Virus record (IMG/VR): IMGVR_UViG_3300033146_001759
Span: 1-64,000 of that record
DNA from: a virus
DNA: 64,000 nucleotides
Direction: 5' to 3' (one strand)
Each line of letters starts with the position of its first letter. Position 1 is the first letter of the stretch. Position numbers and translations under genes: made by a program. This document shows positions 32,067 through 42,817 of the stretch, in pieces. The notes beneath the pieces were generated by a model. The model searched no databases. It was not told the origin of the DNA and worked only from the letters and a program-made list of their open reading frames with translations.

Positions 32067-33809
32067 CTAAAAATCCAAACCAGCATCATCTCCACCAGCA
32101 TCATCTCCACCAGAACCATCTCCACCAGCATCATCTCCACCAGCATCATCTCCACCGAAATCATCTCCACCGAAATCATCTCCACCGAAATCATCTCCAC
32201 CGAAATCATCTCCACCAGAACCATCTCCACCAGAACCATCTCCACCAGAACCATCTCCACCAGAACCATCTCCACTAGAACTATCACCAAGCTTATATTT
32301 ATTATTTTCAGCAATATCATCATCACTCAATTTCATAATATTTCTAACTAACCATTCTACATGAAACCAAGAATTTCCTTCTGAATCAACCAAATTAGAT
32401 GATAATGTAGAAACAATCTCTGCACGTTTTGCTAAATTATTTAAATATTTCCACTCTTCAAATAAAGCATTACTATTAAAGACTAATCTATATTTTGAAT
32501 GAAATAAATTATCATCTTTTAATTCTGGAAAATCTAAAATCATTTGAATTTTATGTGGTTTAACTAATATTTCTTTATATATTGTTTGTAATCTTTTAAT
32601 ATAATTACCAAATTTTATTTCATCTCTTGTAATTTCTGTTGAGTCATTATATATATTACCACCACCACTATCTTCATCAAATCTTGAAAATGGTAATTTA
32701 CTTGCTCTTTTTAATATTTTATAGAACCATTGTAACATAGTATCTTCATTTAAATCTGTTCCTTGTGCTGCCATTATTTCAATATCTGGTGTTCCTAAAT
32801 CAGAATTAGGAAACCAAAAATCTTTTGAATGTGGAATATCAGTTGCACCATTAATAGATACTGTACCCATAGTATCATCCCATTGAACATCTTCATGATA
32901 TTCAGACATCAACTCATAAATTTGTTGTTCTGCTTGTTGTCTTGTTAAACCATTTGTTGGTATTATGAATTTCTTATATATTGCAGCTTGATTAATATTA
33001 TATAATAACCTAGTTTGTTCTAACATCTTTAATTGATTATATGGTCTAATTAAATTTTCAACATAACTCGTTTCAGCATAGTCATTATTATTAGAATATG
33101 ATATGTACACAATCTGTGAATCTAATAAAACTCTTCTTTGTTGTGGGTTATCTGGATATTGAACCCATACAATAGTAGATGTACCAGGGTCATTTGCAAC
33201 AACAATAGTCATTGGGTCAATTGGACTCAATTCAATAATATTTTTTTGCTTATTATCATAAACTATTTCATATGCAATAAATCCATCAATCAAAAAGTTT
33301 TTAAAATAATTCCATGCAGTTAATCCATCAGCAAATCCAAAATTTCTATATAATGTTTTAAATGATTCTTGGTATCTTTGTTTAATAGTATTATCAAACT
33401 CGTCTGGTAAATCAACTAAACTACAAAAATAATTATTATCATCATATATTATTGTTTCATCTGCAATTTGCGTTAAAAAATCTTTAATTTCGTCTTTAAT
33501 AGCATATTGTCTAAGTATTTTTCTTTTATCTTCATATGCTCTATCTAAATATGCTATGGATTTTCTATTTAATACTTTTGATAGTATTTTTTTAGTAAAT
33601 ATATCATAGGTTGATGTACCCCCAATTTCTCCATCTGGATCTTCATGTATTCCTTGTGAATATGTATTTTTAATAATTAAATTATCATAATCCATTCCCC
33701 AATTTGATAAATTTCTAAGTTGTTTATTAAAAAACCCTCTATTCTCAACACTTGATTGTAATGATGATTGATTTTCTTTATTATTATTATATCTATTATA
33801 TGATGCCAT
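32067..33809 (-). CDS. portal vertex protein (T4 gp20-like)
   Basis: IADE, FLIDG, RPYNQLKMLE, DFWFP, LPFSRF, EITRDEIKF..YIKRLQ. Confidence 0.92.
   Translation of the reverse strand: MASYNRYNNNKENQSSLQSSVENRGFFNKQLRNLSNWGMDYDNLIIKNTYSQGIHEDPDGEIGGTSTYDIFTKKILSKVLNRKSIAYLDRAYEDKRKILRQYAIKDEIKDFLTQIADETIIYDDNNYFCSLVDLPDEFDNTIKQRYQESFKTLYRNFGFADGLTAWNYFKNFLIDGFIAYEIVYDNKQKNIIELSPIDPMTIVVANDPGTSTIVWVQYPDNPQQRRVLLDSQIVYISYSNNNDYAETSYVENLIRPYNQLKMLEQTRLLYNINQAAIYKKFIIPTNGLTRQQAEQQIYELMSEYHEDVQWDDTMGTVSINGATDIPHSKDFWFPNSDLGTPDIEIMAAQGTDLNEDTMLQWFYKILKRASKLPFSRFDEDSGGGNIYNDSTEITRDEIKFGNYIKRLQTIYKEILVKPHKIQMILDFPELKDDNLFHSKYRLVFNSNALFEEWKYLNNLAKRAEIVSTLSSNLVDSEGNSWFHVEWLVRNIMKLSDDDIAENNKYKLGDSSSGDGSGGDGSGGDGSGGDGSGGDDFGGDDFGGDDFGGDDFGGDDAGGDDAGGDGSGGDDAGGDDAGLDF
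32080..32280 (-). repeat. 15-bp tandem coding repeats (GGDGS/GGDDF/GGDDA)
   Basis: Tandem (t/c)catctccacc units. Confidence 0.9.
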
Positions 33810-33865
33810 AATTTAAATTAATTTATTTCAATATATATTAATTACTAATAGTCTAAAAAAATAAA

Positions 33866-34582
33866 TTAAAATTTAATCAATTTTAATGATTTTTCAAAAT
33901 TCGCAACTTGTTTATGATAACCAATAGAATCTTCTTGATATTTATCCACCAATTCATCAAATTCTTCTATTATTTCTTTTAAATGAGATTTTTCATCTGA
34001 ACTAGGTAAATTAATAAATAATTCTTTCATTGATTTAGAATTATACCTCTTTGGATCACACATTATAATTTCTGGAGCTATTTTAATAGATATTAAATAT
34101 GAATCAACGATTTTTTCATAATCATATGCAGTTAATGCATAATTCATATTACCATTTGATTTTAATGTTTTATAAATATATTCGAATGATAATGGTAATG
34201 TTCTTTCTTCAACCAATTTATTTGCTTCTGATATTTTTTCTAATTGTGTACTAATTTTTGAAAATAATAAATTAAAATATTTTATTTTATATCTTGGAGG
34301 TAAATATTCTAAGTTTATTGCATATAATATATTTTTATTATTATGTACCTTATAATCCAACGCAAGAATAGGACACCATATTTTATTCCCATTATAATTA
34401 TATCTTATCAAATAAAAATGATTTGGTATAACCCTATTTAAAGACACATTTTCTATTTCTGTAAAATTTGGTGATCTCTTTAATTCAAATAATTTATTTG
34501 TTTTATCATATATAAATTTTTGCATTGAACCACTTTCTAACCCCAAAGAACCATACAAATAATTCTCAAAATCATTATACAT
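33866..34582 (-). CDS. DNA end protector-like protein (T4 gp2-like)
   Basis: FY..RY, PIL, AINLEYLPP; adjacent to gp4-like gene. Confidence 0.55.
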   Translation of the reverse strand: MYNDFENYLYGSLGLESGSMQKFIYDKTNKLFELKRSPNFTEIENVSLNRVIPNHFYLIRYNYNGNKIWCPILALDYKVHNNKNILYAINLEYLPPRYKIKYFNLLFSKISTQLEKISEANKLVEERTLPLSFEYIYKTLKSNGNMNYALTAYDYEKIVDSYLISIKIAPEIIMCDPKRYNSKSMKELFINLPSSDEKSHLKEIIEEFDELVDKYQEDSIGYHKQVANFEKSLKLIKF

Positions 34583-35106
34583 TATAAAATTTTATTTTCT
34601 TTTAAGTGCCCCTCGTGTATTATTCTAAATTTCATTTGGTGGGCAATACACCATTTTTTTGCTGCATCCCATTTCAATAAGTTTTTTTGAAAAGTCTTTA
34701 ATTGATATTCATAAGTTTCTACTGATTTAACTGTAAATTTTTTTGGTGCTGTTGGATATTGTGTTTCTTTATATGGCTTTATTTCAGCAACTATTCTTTC
34801 AAAATTATTAGGATCATTATTTACCATAATCTCATAATATAAATCTGGATAATATCTATGTGATTTACTTATACCATTTTTATCTGCTTCATAATATATT
34901 ATACTTAATGTTTCTGACCCCCATCTTAATATTTTATTGTTTCTATCTAAAAACATAAATGTTTTTAATTCCCATCCACTACGATATATACATTTTTGTG
35001 GATCTCCCATATATTTTTGTGGATTTATTAATGTATAAAATCCTTGATGATAACGTTTTTTACCATTTCTTTTCCTATTACTACTCGGTTTTCTTGTATT
35101 TCCCAT
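34582..35106 (-). CDS. head completion nuclease (T4 gp4 / TnsA-like)
   Basis: NPQKY.GD, YRSGWE, WGSE, HRYYPD, EIKP, KW.AA. Confidence 0.85.
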   Translation of the reverse strand: MGNTRKPSSNRKRNGKKRYHQGFYTLINPQKYMGDPQKCIYRSGWELKTFMFLDRNNKILRWGSETLSIIYYEADKNGISKSHRYYPDLYYEIMVNNDPNNFERIVAEIKPYKETQYPTAPKKFTVKSVETYEYQLKTFQKNLLKWDAAKKWCIAHQMKFRIIHEGHLKENKIL

Positions 35107-35120
35107 AACTTATATATATA

Positions 35121-35153
35121 AAAAAAAAGAGTAAAATAATTTACTCTTTTTTT
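35121..35153 (-). terminator. intrinsic terminator
   Basis: aaaaaaaagagtaaa-ataa-tttactcttttttt. Confidence 0.7.
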
Positions 35154-35530
35154 TAAAAATTATGCAACCCATTACCATCATTACTTGAATCCAATGAAAC
35201 AAACTTAATATAATTTTTTTGGTGTGATCTTCGTCCTCTTAATTCATTAAATTGATATGTCATTCCTCGTTTAGCTATTTCAGTATAATATGGTAATGCT
35301 GTTTTATATTTTTTTTCATCAAAACCATACCAATGTTCAAACATAACTAATAAACCATATTGTTCACAATCTTTTTCTTCATCAATGTTTTTAAATCTAT
35401 ATGAAAATCTCCTAATTAATTTAGATGCTATTAAAGTTAAATATTTTTCTGCTTTTCTAGTCAGTTTCCCCTTACCCTTTGAAACAACCATTTCATAAAA
35501 TAATTCAGAATCTGTTAAATAATTCGCCAT
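35153..35530 (-). CDS. late sigma factor (T4 gp55-like)
   Basis: NYL...EL, LIA, FSY, FDEKK..ALPYYTEI; 125 aa, next to head genes. Confidence 0.65.
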   Translation of the reverse strand: MANYLTDSELFYEMVVSKGKGKLTRKAEKYLTLIASKLIRRFSYRFKNIDEEKDCEQYGLLVMFEHWYGFDEKKYKTALPYYTEIAKRGMTYQFNELRGRRSHQKNYIKFVSLDSSNDGNGLHNF

Positions 35531-35671
35531 AAATTGGTTAAATACATTATTTTTTGTAGTATTAAATACTAGTTATTAATGCCTTTAATCTATTTTCTTT
35601 AATTCAATTGCCTTTAATTATTATAAATGTAAAATTAATTACAAGATATATACCCATTTAAAAAATAAAGT

Positions 35672-35929
35672 TTATTTTTTATGTATTTCTAATATTTCTT
35701 CAACAAAATTTAACATTTCGTTAATAGTATATATAATTTCTTGTTCATATTTAATATGTATCAACACTATTGGTAAAAATAAAAAACTCAACAAATATAT
35801 TATAAAATTATGAACATAATATGCTGGTGTAATTAAAAATCTTCCAATTGGTGTTAAATCTTGTAATGAATCATCACTAATATAATTATTTAGTATAAAT
35901 AACATAAATATTGCTATTTGTTTTTTCAT
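35672..35929 (-). CDS. hypothetical membrane protein
   Basis: Hydrophobic segments. Confidence 0.5.
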   Translation of the reverse strand: MKKQIAIFMLFILNNYISDDSLQDLTPIGRFLITPAYYVHNFIIYLLSFLFLPIVLIHIKYEQEIIYTINEMLNFVEEILEIHKK

Positions 35930-35969
35930 AAATCTTTTTATTTTTTATATACTATTTTTATATGAAAGT

Positions 35970-36479
35970 TTATTTTTTATTATTCCAAATATAATAAGTA
36001 TTATATTTATTATCATATTTAAATCCAGTAACTCCACTTATTATATCTATTATTGATTTTTCAGGAAGTTGACCATTAAAAACATCTCTTAATTCATCTT
36101 TATTTATAAATGATGATGGATTCATCACATTACCAAACACATCAATAGTATTTGGTAATGAATTATAAAATTCACCAATAGAATAATCTACTGTATTTTT
36201 TATTATTGTCTGTAAATCAGCTTCATCAAAAATCATAACATCATAACTAATTCTATTATTATTTAACACATCTCCAGTCATATCATTAACTCTAAATATA
36301 TGTTTTGTTTTATCTGTTAAATCTATATATTCCATATATGTTTTATAATATGCAACCAACACAGACTTTAATGTATTATTTGATATTTTTGACACTTCAT
36401 CTAACAATTCATCTAATTTCATTATTGGTAATTTCATTTCATTGATTACATCAAACTCTGAGAACTTTATTATTTTCAT
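35970..36479 (-). CDS. hypothetical protein with CTS-like N-terminus
   Basis: MKIIKFSEFDVINE. Confidence 0.6.
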   Translation of the reverse strand: MKIIKFSEFDVINEMKLPIMKLDELLDEVSKISNNTLKSVLVAYYKTYMEYIDLTDKTKHIFRVNDMTGDVLNNNRISYDVMIFDEADLQTIIKNTVDYSIGEFYNSLPNTIDVFGNVMNPSSFINKDELRDVFNGQLPEKSIIDIISGVTGFKYDNKYNTYYIWNNKK

Positions 36480-36598
36480 TTTATTTCATTGTTTTTTTTT
36501 ATTCATTCATAAACATATCAAATATTTTATTAATAAATTGTTTTGGTTCTAATACCTCTTCTTCATCAAAGACAAACCCATCTATTTCTAACATATTC

Positions 36599-37120
36599 TT
36601 ATGTTCCATATTTATATTTAATTTCAACAACCCCTATTGTTACTACCGTTGTTACATCTTTTCCAATAAACTCAATATCACCAAGTATATTATTCTCATT
36701 TATTTTATTATACTTTTCAAATGTTATTATTTCTCTTTCCATTATTTTATTATTTTTTTTATCCTTTTCTAATGCAATTCTATCTTTAATTATTTTATTA
36801 AAGATATTTTTTATTAAAGAATGATATTTTTCTTCTATTTCATTATCATCAATATCTTTATATTCTTTTTTAAATAATTGAAATCCAGGAAATCTCATAT
36901 CTTTAATCAATAACTTAATATTTTTCTTTTTATTATATAACTTTTTAGCATCTTTCAATGTTGGTTTTTTATCATCAAAATATTGTTCAAAATCAGCTTT
37001 CGTTAATACTTCCCTAGCGTGTCGTGTACCAAATGTTTTTCCATCCAAAAATTGATCTAATATATCATTTATTGATTTATAAATCTGTTTCTCAATTTCA
37101 TTTTTTATATTATAATTCAT
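36599..37120 (-). CDS. hypothetical late protein
   Basis: TTTATATATA upstream; internal IITFEKYNKINE. Confidence 0.55.
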   Translation of the reverse strand: MNYNIKNEIEKQIYKSINDILDQFLDGKTFGTRHAREVLTKADFEQYFDDKKPTLKDAKKLYNKKKNIKLLIKDMRFPGFQLFKKEYKDIDDNEIEEKYHSLIKNIFNKIIKDRIALEKDKKNNKIMEREIITFEKYNKINENNILGDIEFIGKDVTTVVTIGVVEIKYKYGT

Positions 37121-37159
37121 TTTTTATTTCATTACATTATTTTTATTATATATAAATTA

Positions 37160-37924
37160 TTAATTATATATATTTGTAATATAATTAGTGACATCACCAA
37201 ACATTATTATTTCCTTTTCAGTACCACCAATAACCATTTTTATATCTGAATACTTTACTTCTATTTCAACAACTTCAGAATATTTAGCATAAATTGGACT
37301 CTGATACCCACCAGTAAATACATATTTAGAAAATCGTTTAGCTTCTTTTAACTCTGTTGTCCAACAACTAAATCCATTTTTTGGTTTATATTTATCTTTT
37401 AATCCTCTATATAATATTATTTTATCTGGTATATCACCACCATAAATATCCATTATATTTTTATAATTCCATTTACCAAGATTCCTCATTTTTAATATTC
37501 TATTTAATATTCTTGGACTACACGTTTGTGAGTTAAAATGATCAACAGACATATCATCTAATAAATCAAATGATTTTTCAACGTTGTTATTAGTAATTAA
37601 ATATAAATCATAAGGTATTTTTTTTAATGGATATTTAACATTATCATTATCATCCTTATATTTATATTTAATAACATCTTCAAAATTTTTATATGGAAAA
37701 TATATAGAAAAATATTTTTCATACCCATCATCTATTTGATATGTATTATGTTTTTTATTATACTTAACACAATCAAATTTTTCTAGTGATTCAACATATC
37801 CAACACCCATTCTAGTATCATTTTCCCACATAGATATTATCATTTCTCTATGTATATATAACATATATAACCAAGCAACATTATATATTGTAATATTATC
37901 ATAATCTTCAAATTTTTTAATCAT
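37160..37924 (-). CDS. ADP-ribosyltransferase-like (R-S-E clade) putative internal head protein
   Basis: MIKKFEDY; LYRG, FSCWTT, EKEII. Confidence 0.55.
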   Translation of the reverse strand: MIKKFEDYDNITIYNVAWLYMLYIHREMIISMWENDTRMGVGYVESLEKFDCVKYNKKHNTYQIDDGYEKYFSIYFPYKNFEDVIKYKYKDDNDNVKYPLKKIPYDLYLITNNNVEKSFDLLDDMSVDHFNSQTCSPRILNRILKMRNLGKWNYKNIMDIYGGDIPDKIILYRGLKDKYKPKNGFSCWTTELKEAKRFSKYVFTGGYQSPIYAKYSEVVEIEVKYSDIKMVIGGTEKEIIMFGDVTNYITNIYN

Positions 37925-37942
37925 ATTTATATATATATAAAT

Positions 37943-37977
37943 AAAAACCTCAAATATTTAAAATTGAGGTTTTTTTT
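37943..37977 (-). terminator. intrinsic terminator
   Basis: aaaaacctcaa...ttgaggttttt. Confidence 0.65.
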
Positions 37978-38745
37978 CTATAATGATACTATCTTTTGTT
38001 TGAAATGAATATCATCAAAAACATCAGACCAAACATACCCAAACTGATTTGTTATAATTTTAGTACCATTAATTTCACCATCAATATTTTCGTGTGTATG
38101 ACCATATAACCAATAATCAATATCATTATCAAATATAAATGGATGCAACTCTACACAAAATGCATCATTAATAGCACTATGTTTATTAAACTCAGAAATA
38201 ACCAATTTTGTTGGTGCATGATGTGTAACAACAAATATTTTTTCTTCTATATTTTCTAATACTGTTTTCTTTATATATTTATATGATTCTAAATGTATAT
38301 TATTTAAATCATTTGGAGTAATATTATACTTACCATTTTTTATAAATGTATAATCTTTTACATTAGAACGAATACCGTATTCTTTATCTGGTGATATATG
38401 TGTCCACATAGTCGAAAAAATAAAATTAATACCCCCATAAATAATATTTTGATTATTTAATAATGTTATATTATCTCTTATTTTTTCATTAATATATGGT
38501 TTCATTATCAAATCTAATTTTTGAATACCATAATATTCGTGATTACCAGGGACCATAAATACTTGGTCAAATTTTTTGGATATATCATCAAAAAATTCAT
38601 CTGCATAAAATAAATTAGAATATTTAGTCACATCCCCAGCTAAAATTAAAATATCTCCAATTTTCTCTATTGGGTTATTATGAAAATATTCTGAATTTAA
38701 TGTTTTCTCCAAATGTAAATCTGATAAATATTGTATTTTCAACAT
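37978..38745 (-). CDS. calcineurin-like metallophosphoesterase
   Basis: SDLHLE, LAGD, GNHEYY, THHAP, GHTH. Confidence 0.92.
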   Translation of the reverse strand: MLKIQYLSDLHLEKTLNSEYFHNNPIEKIGDILILAGDVTKYSNLFYADEFFDDISKKFDQVFMVPGNHEYYGIQKLDLIMKPYINEKIRDNITLLNNQNIIYGGINFIFSTMWTHISPDKEYGIRSNVKDYTFIKNGKYNITPNDLNNIHLESYKYIKKTVLENIEEKIFVVTHHAPTKLVISEFNKHSAINDAFCVELHPFIFDNDIDYWLYGHTHENIDGEINGTKIITNQFGYVWSDVFDDIHFKQKIVSL

Positions 38746-38747
38746 AA

Positions 38748-39437
38748 TTATATATTTTTTATTAATAAATTATCCCCATTAACTTCTGCTAATAATTTTT
38801 CTTCACCAAATATTCCTTTGATTTTTTGTAACCACTCATTTGTTTTTATTTTTACCATCCAAACATTCTCGATATTCTTTCTTTTAGTTAACATGATACC
38901 CTTCACAACAACACCTTCTTTAAGTCCATATACATTATTCTTAACATCTTCCACCAAAGACTTATTATATTGACCCTCAAATACTATTTCTGGAATACCT
39001 AAATGTTGAAATAAATTAATAAATTCTCTTGGTTTAATATACCCTTTTTGATAAACATCAATATCAAATAAAGTCAATTGCATATTTCCTTTTTCTTCTG
39101 GATCATGCCAACCAGCAAATGAATTTTCACCATAAAACTCTGCAAACGATGTTATTTTTTTTGAATTTCTAAATTGCTTATTAGACCTAAAAATTTTATC
39201 TAACTCCATTGCATATTTATTCATAAATATATTCACACCCTCACCCCACTGTTCATCACCAGGACCAATTATTTGATTTCGTGTTCCAAATTTAGTGAAA
39301 CCATAATTATTATTTTTTTTAGAATCTTTTTGTGTCCAAGAAAAACGAAGATTGCTTCCATCAAGTTTATCAAATGCGAAAACATTTGTACCCATTACCC
39401 CTTTATTCCAATATGGTATTGTATGATATTGCTTCAT
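38748..39437 (-). CDS. ATP-dependent RNA ligase-like (Rnl2-type) protein
   Basis: DKLDGSN, AEFYG, LFDI, EGVVVK, VKIK. Confidence 0.7.
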   Translation of the reverse strand: MKQYHTIPYWNKGVMGTNVFAFDKLDGSNLRFSWTQKDSKKNNNYGFTKFGTRNQIIGPGDEQWGEGVNIFMNKYAMELDKIFRSNKQFRNSKKITSFAEFYGENSFAGWHDPEEKGNMQLTLFDIDVYQKGYIKPREFINLFQHLGIPEIVFEGQYNKSLVEDVKNNVYGLKEGVVVKGIMLTKRKNIENVWMVKIKTNEWLQKIKGIFGEEKLLAEVNGDNLLIKNI

Positions 39438-39480
39438 TATTTCTTATTTTTTGCAAAGATAACTAAAATTATCATATAAA

Positions 39481-39642
39481 TTACTCTTTAATATTATTAT
39501 TAATCAGTTTTTCAATAAATACTGATTGATTATCTATATCATTTTCTTCACAATATTTTATCCATAGTTCATACACTTTTGGATCAATTGTAAATGATAT
39601 TTTTTTCTTTTTGTTTTCTTCTTTTTTTCTTGGTCTTGCCAT
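39481..39642 (-). CDS. ribbon-helix-helix-like small protein (53 aa, not in ORF track)
   Basis: MARPRKKEENKKKKISFTIDPKVYELW...NQSVFIEKLI. Confidence 0.6.
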   Translation of the reverse strand: MARPRKKEENKKKKISFTIDPKVYELWIKYCEENDIDNQSVFIEKLINNNIKE

Positions 39643-39736
39643 GATTTTATTTCTTTATATACAAAAAATATGATTTTGTTTTTAGAAAAAAATGAGTTTT
39701 TATATTTAATATATAGTATAAAAATAAGATTATAAT

Positions 39737-39907
39737 ATGAGAAAAAATAAAAAATCAATATCCATTACACTAACAAAAAAGTTATGTGACATAATGAATA
39801 AAACTGTAGAAAATAAATCAAAATATATTGAGTATTGTATAATTGAAGAATTATGTAAAAATACAGAATATAAAATAATACTAAAAAAAGAAAAAATAAT
39901 ATGGTAA
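39737..39907 (+). CDS. ribbon-helix-helix-like small protein (56 aa, not in ORF track)
   Basis: MRKNKKSISITL...NKSKYIEYCI. Confidence 0.6.
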   Translation: MRKNKKSISITLTKKLCDIMNKTVENKSKYIEYCIIEELCKNTEYKIILKKEKIIW

Positions 39908-39908
39908 T

Positions 39909-40670
39909 ATGATTAAAGAAAAAATAATAAAAATTAAGATAAATAGCAGAACATTAAAACATTATTTAGAAAAAGGGTATAATGGGAAAATAAATGATAA
40001 TATATTTGTTGATGTGTTGGATTTACCAAATGGTTCTCACACCATAATAACTGGGATTTGTGATATTTGTGGCATGGAGAAAGAAATACAATATAAGACA
40101 TATCTACGTAATTATAATAAATATAACATATATACTTGTCATAAATGTTGTATAATAAAGAAAGAAAAAACTAGTCTAGAAAATTATGGAGTTACACATG
40201 CATCAAAAAATAAGAATTTTCAAAAAAAGATGCAAGATTATAATTTAGAAAAATATGGGAAGAAATCATTTTTCCAAACAGATATATTTTTAAATAATAG
40301 TGGAATCACATTAAAACGGAAAGAAACAAGAATAAAGAATGGGTTTTCAATAGATGATAAATATAAAACTGAATGGGAACTTTATAAAAATAAAATTAGA
40401 AATAAAACAAATAAAAATAAAAAAATATTAATAGAAAAATGGGATGGTTATGATTATTATGATGGTGAATATATTAAAGATAATTTTAAAAAATATAAAC
40501 CTCGTTCATCAAAATATCCATCATTTGATCATAAAATATCACTATATTATGGGTTTATTAATAATATAGATGCTGATATAATTTCAGATATTTCTAATTT
40601 ATGTATAACAAAAACAATAATTAATAATATTAAAAAGACAAGAACTGAGGATGAATATTATAAAAAATAA
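39909..40670 (+). CDS. HNH-type homing endonuclease-like protein
   Basis: CDICG/CHKC, ENYGV and EKYG repeats, DHKIS...SNL...N..K. Confidence 0.7.
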   Translation: MIKEKIIKIKINSRTLKHYLEKGYNGKINDNIFVDVLDLPNGSHTIITGICDICGMEKEIQYKTYLRNYNKYNIYTCHKCCIIKKEKTSLENYGVTHASKNKNFQKKMQDYNLEKYGKKSFFQTDIFLNNSGITLKRKETRIKNGFSIDDKYKTEWELYKNKIRNKTNKNKKILIEKWDGYDYYDGEYIKDNFKKYKPRSSKYPSFDHKISLYYGFINNIDADIISDISNLCITKTIINNIKKTRTEDEYYKK

Positions 40671-40736
40671 TATATAATATTGTACTTATAAAAAAAAGTA
40701 TTATCTTTGTATCACAATAATTTAAAAATTTGTTAT

Positions 40737-41843
40737 ATGGAAAAAAGAATTTGTCAAAACACAGACTGCAAAATACATTTTATACACAAAGTACATAATC
40801 AAATATATTGTTGTGTTGAGTGTAAAGATGCAACATATAAAAAAGACAAAAAAAGTAGTTATATAAAAAAAGAACCAAAAAATCTATTACCATATGACAA
40901 ATTAAAAAAAGTAGTAAATGAATATCCATTTGAAAAAATAGACCAAAGAAAAAAATATGAAAGAATACAAAAAAAATATAGGAATTGGGTTTCAATCCCA
41001 CATGATTATTATGATGAATGGGTATCTTGGGATGTTTTTTTAGGTAATGATACTATTATCTTTTTAACTTTAAAAGAATTAAAAGAAGAAGTAAATCAAA
41101 TCAAGTCAATTAATAGTGGAGAAAGTTACAGAAAAGAACAAAAGAAACATAAAAATTGGATTTATAACCCGGCTCAATTAAATGACTGGGTTTCATGGTT
41201 TCATTTTCTTGAAAATGAAAAACCAACATTTCTATTATATGAAGAACATATAAAAGAAATAAAAGAAATAAAATATGTTGTATCTAGAAGGACATATGAA
41301 ATAGAACGGGGAAAACATGATGATTGGGTTTCATCCCCATGTAGAAAATTTAAAAATGAATGGATATCGTGGAAGGTTTTTTTAAGTAAACCTGAAAGAT
41401 ATTGTGAATCATGTGGTGTGAAATTATTAAAAAATCAGAAAAAAACATGTGGTGATGATAGATGCAAAAAAGATTATCGTAATAAAAAAATACATGAAAG
41501 AAAAGATAATGACCCATTGTTTAAATTAAGTATGGATATACGTAGATTGATATTAAATAGTCTAAAAAGTGGTGGATGGGAGAAAAAATCAAGAACACAT
41601 GAAATACTTGGTTGTTCTTATGAAGAATTTTTATCTTATATTGAATCTCAATTTAAACCCTGGATGAATTGGGATAATCATGGTAAATATACAGGTTGTT
41701 ATAATGAAACATGGCAATATGATCATATTATTCCTATTGCATCTTGTATGACAGAAGAAGAAGTATTAACTCGAAATCATTATACTAATTTTCAACCATT
41801 ATGTTCAAAGGAAAATAATATCAAAAGTGATAAATTAATGTAG
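40737..41843 (+). CDS. HNH/EndoVII-like homing endonuclease with WxSW repeats (start revised)
   Basis: WMNWDNHG, DHIIP, HYTNFQPL..ENNIKS; three WxSW..FL repeats; Cys clusters; promoter at 40702. Confidence 0.75.
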   Translation: MEKRICQNTDCKIHFIHKVHNQIYCCVECKDATYKKDKKSSYIKKEPKNLLPYDKLKKVVNEYPFEKIDQRKKYERIQKKYRNWVSIPHDYYDEWVSWDVFLGNDTIIFLTLKELKEEVNQIKSINSGESYRKEQKKHKNWIYNPAQLNDWVSWFHFLENEKPTFLLYEEHIKEIKEIKYVVSRRTYEIERGKHDDWVSSPCRKFKNEWISWKVFLSKPERYCESCGVKLLKNQKKTCGDDRCKKDYRNKKIHERKDNDPLFKLSMDIRRLILNSLKSGGWEKKSRTHEILGCSYEEFLSYIESQFKPWMNWDNHGKYTGCYNETWQYDHIIPIASCMTEEEVLTRNHYTNFQPLCSKENNIKSDKLM

Positions 41844-42595
41844 AAAAATTATTTTTTCTTTTGATCTTTTTTTTTTTCTTGATTTTTTTTCTCTTTTTTA
41901 ATTCTATTAGTATTTTTAGATCTTGATTCACTTGGATTTTGTGTTGAACATGCACTTAAATCTATTTTTATGTTTTTTGTCATAATAATTTATATGTTTT
42001 TATATTGTAGTGCAAAAACATAAAAAAGTTTTATATGTTCTGTTTTTTGTTCCCATCACACCTTTATTCCAATATTCTATACTATGATATTGTTTCATAA
42101 ATATTCTTTTTATATAATATACAAAGATAACATAAAATACTATACAAATAAAAAAAAATTATATATTAATTTATTTTTTATTAAACAACAACCTAATAAG
42201 TAAATATATTTCACCAAAAAACACCTATATAAATATAAAAATGATAATAATTAATGATAATGGAATCTTCCATAATAAATTTAAAAATATCATATTTTAA
42301 TTTATTCCTTTGTTATTTTTTAATTATATATTAATTCACGAAACCAATTTATTTCAGCATCTATATCTTTAACTATTATATTATACTTCTTTATCCTAAT
42401 ATAATTATTAATTATTTTATTATTTATTTCATCTGCTTCTGTATTAGTTATCTTATTAGAATTTATAATTAGATAAAACATCTCTCTATTATTATCAAAA
42501 ATATCTAATACATCCTCTATTTGGTTTTTTTTTTATCTTCTGTTCTATAACAACAAATATTTTTTCAAAATTTCTTAAAAAAGTATCAACAATTT

Positions 42596-42817
42596 TTATT
42601 TTTTTTTATTATTTGTTTCCAACCATCGTGCAAATTTTTTATTACTTAATTTAAATAAAACTAATATACTTATTAACATAGTCCAAATAATATTAGATAT
42701 ACCTATACCATAATCATGATCTACATAATATCCAATAATACTTGTTAATATCCATAAAAATATTATCAACATAAATATATAATCTTTTCTATTTTTTCCA
42801 ATCATACTAATTTTCAT
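42596..42817 (-). CDS. small membrane protein
   Basis: Two TM segments. Confidence 0.55.
   Translation of the reverse strand: MKISMIGKNRKDYIFMLIIFLWILTSIIGYYVDHDYGIGISNIIWTMLISILVLFKLSNKKFARWLETNNKKK

Noticed and set aside
31976-32326. ORF with VEMVL/VEMIS repeats
   Set aside because: Alternate-frame shadow of the portal GGDD repeat
39558-39758. 66-aa minus-strand ORF in the track
   Set aside because: Better explained by the RHH-like ORF 39481-39642 in another frame
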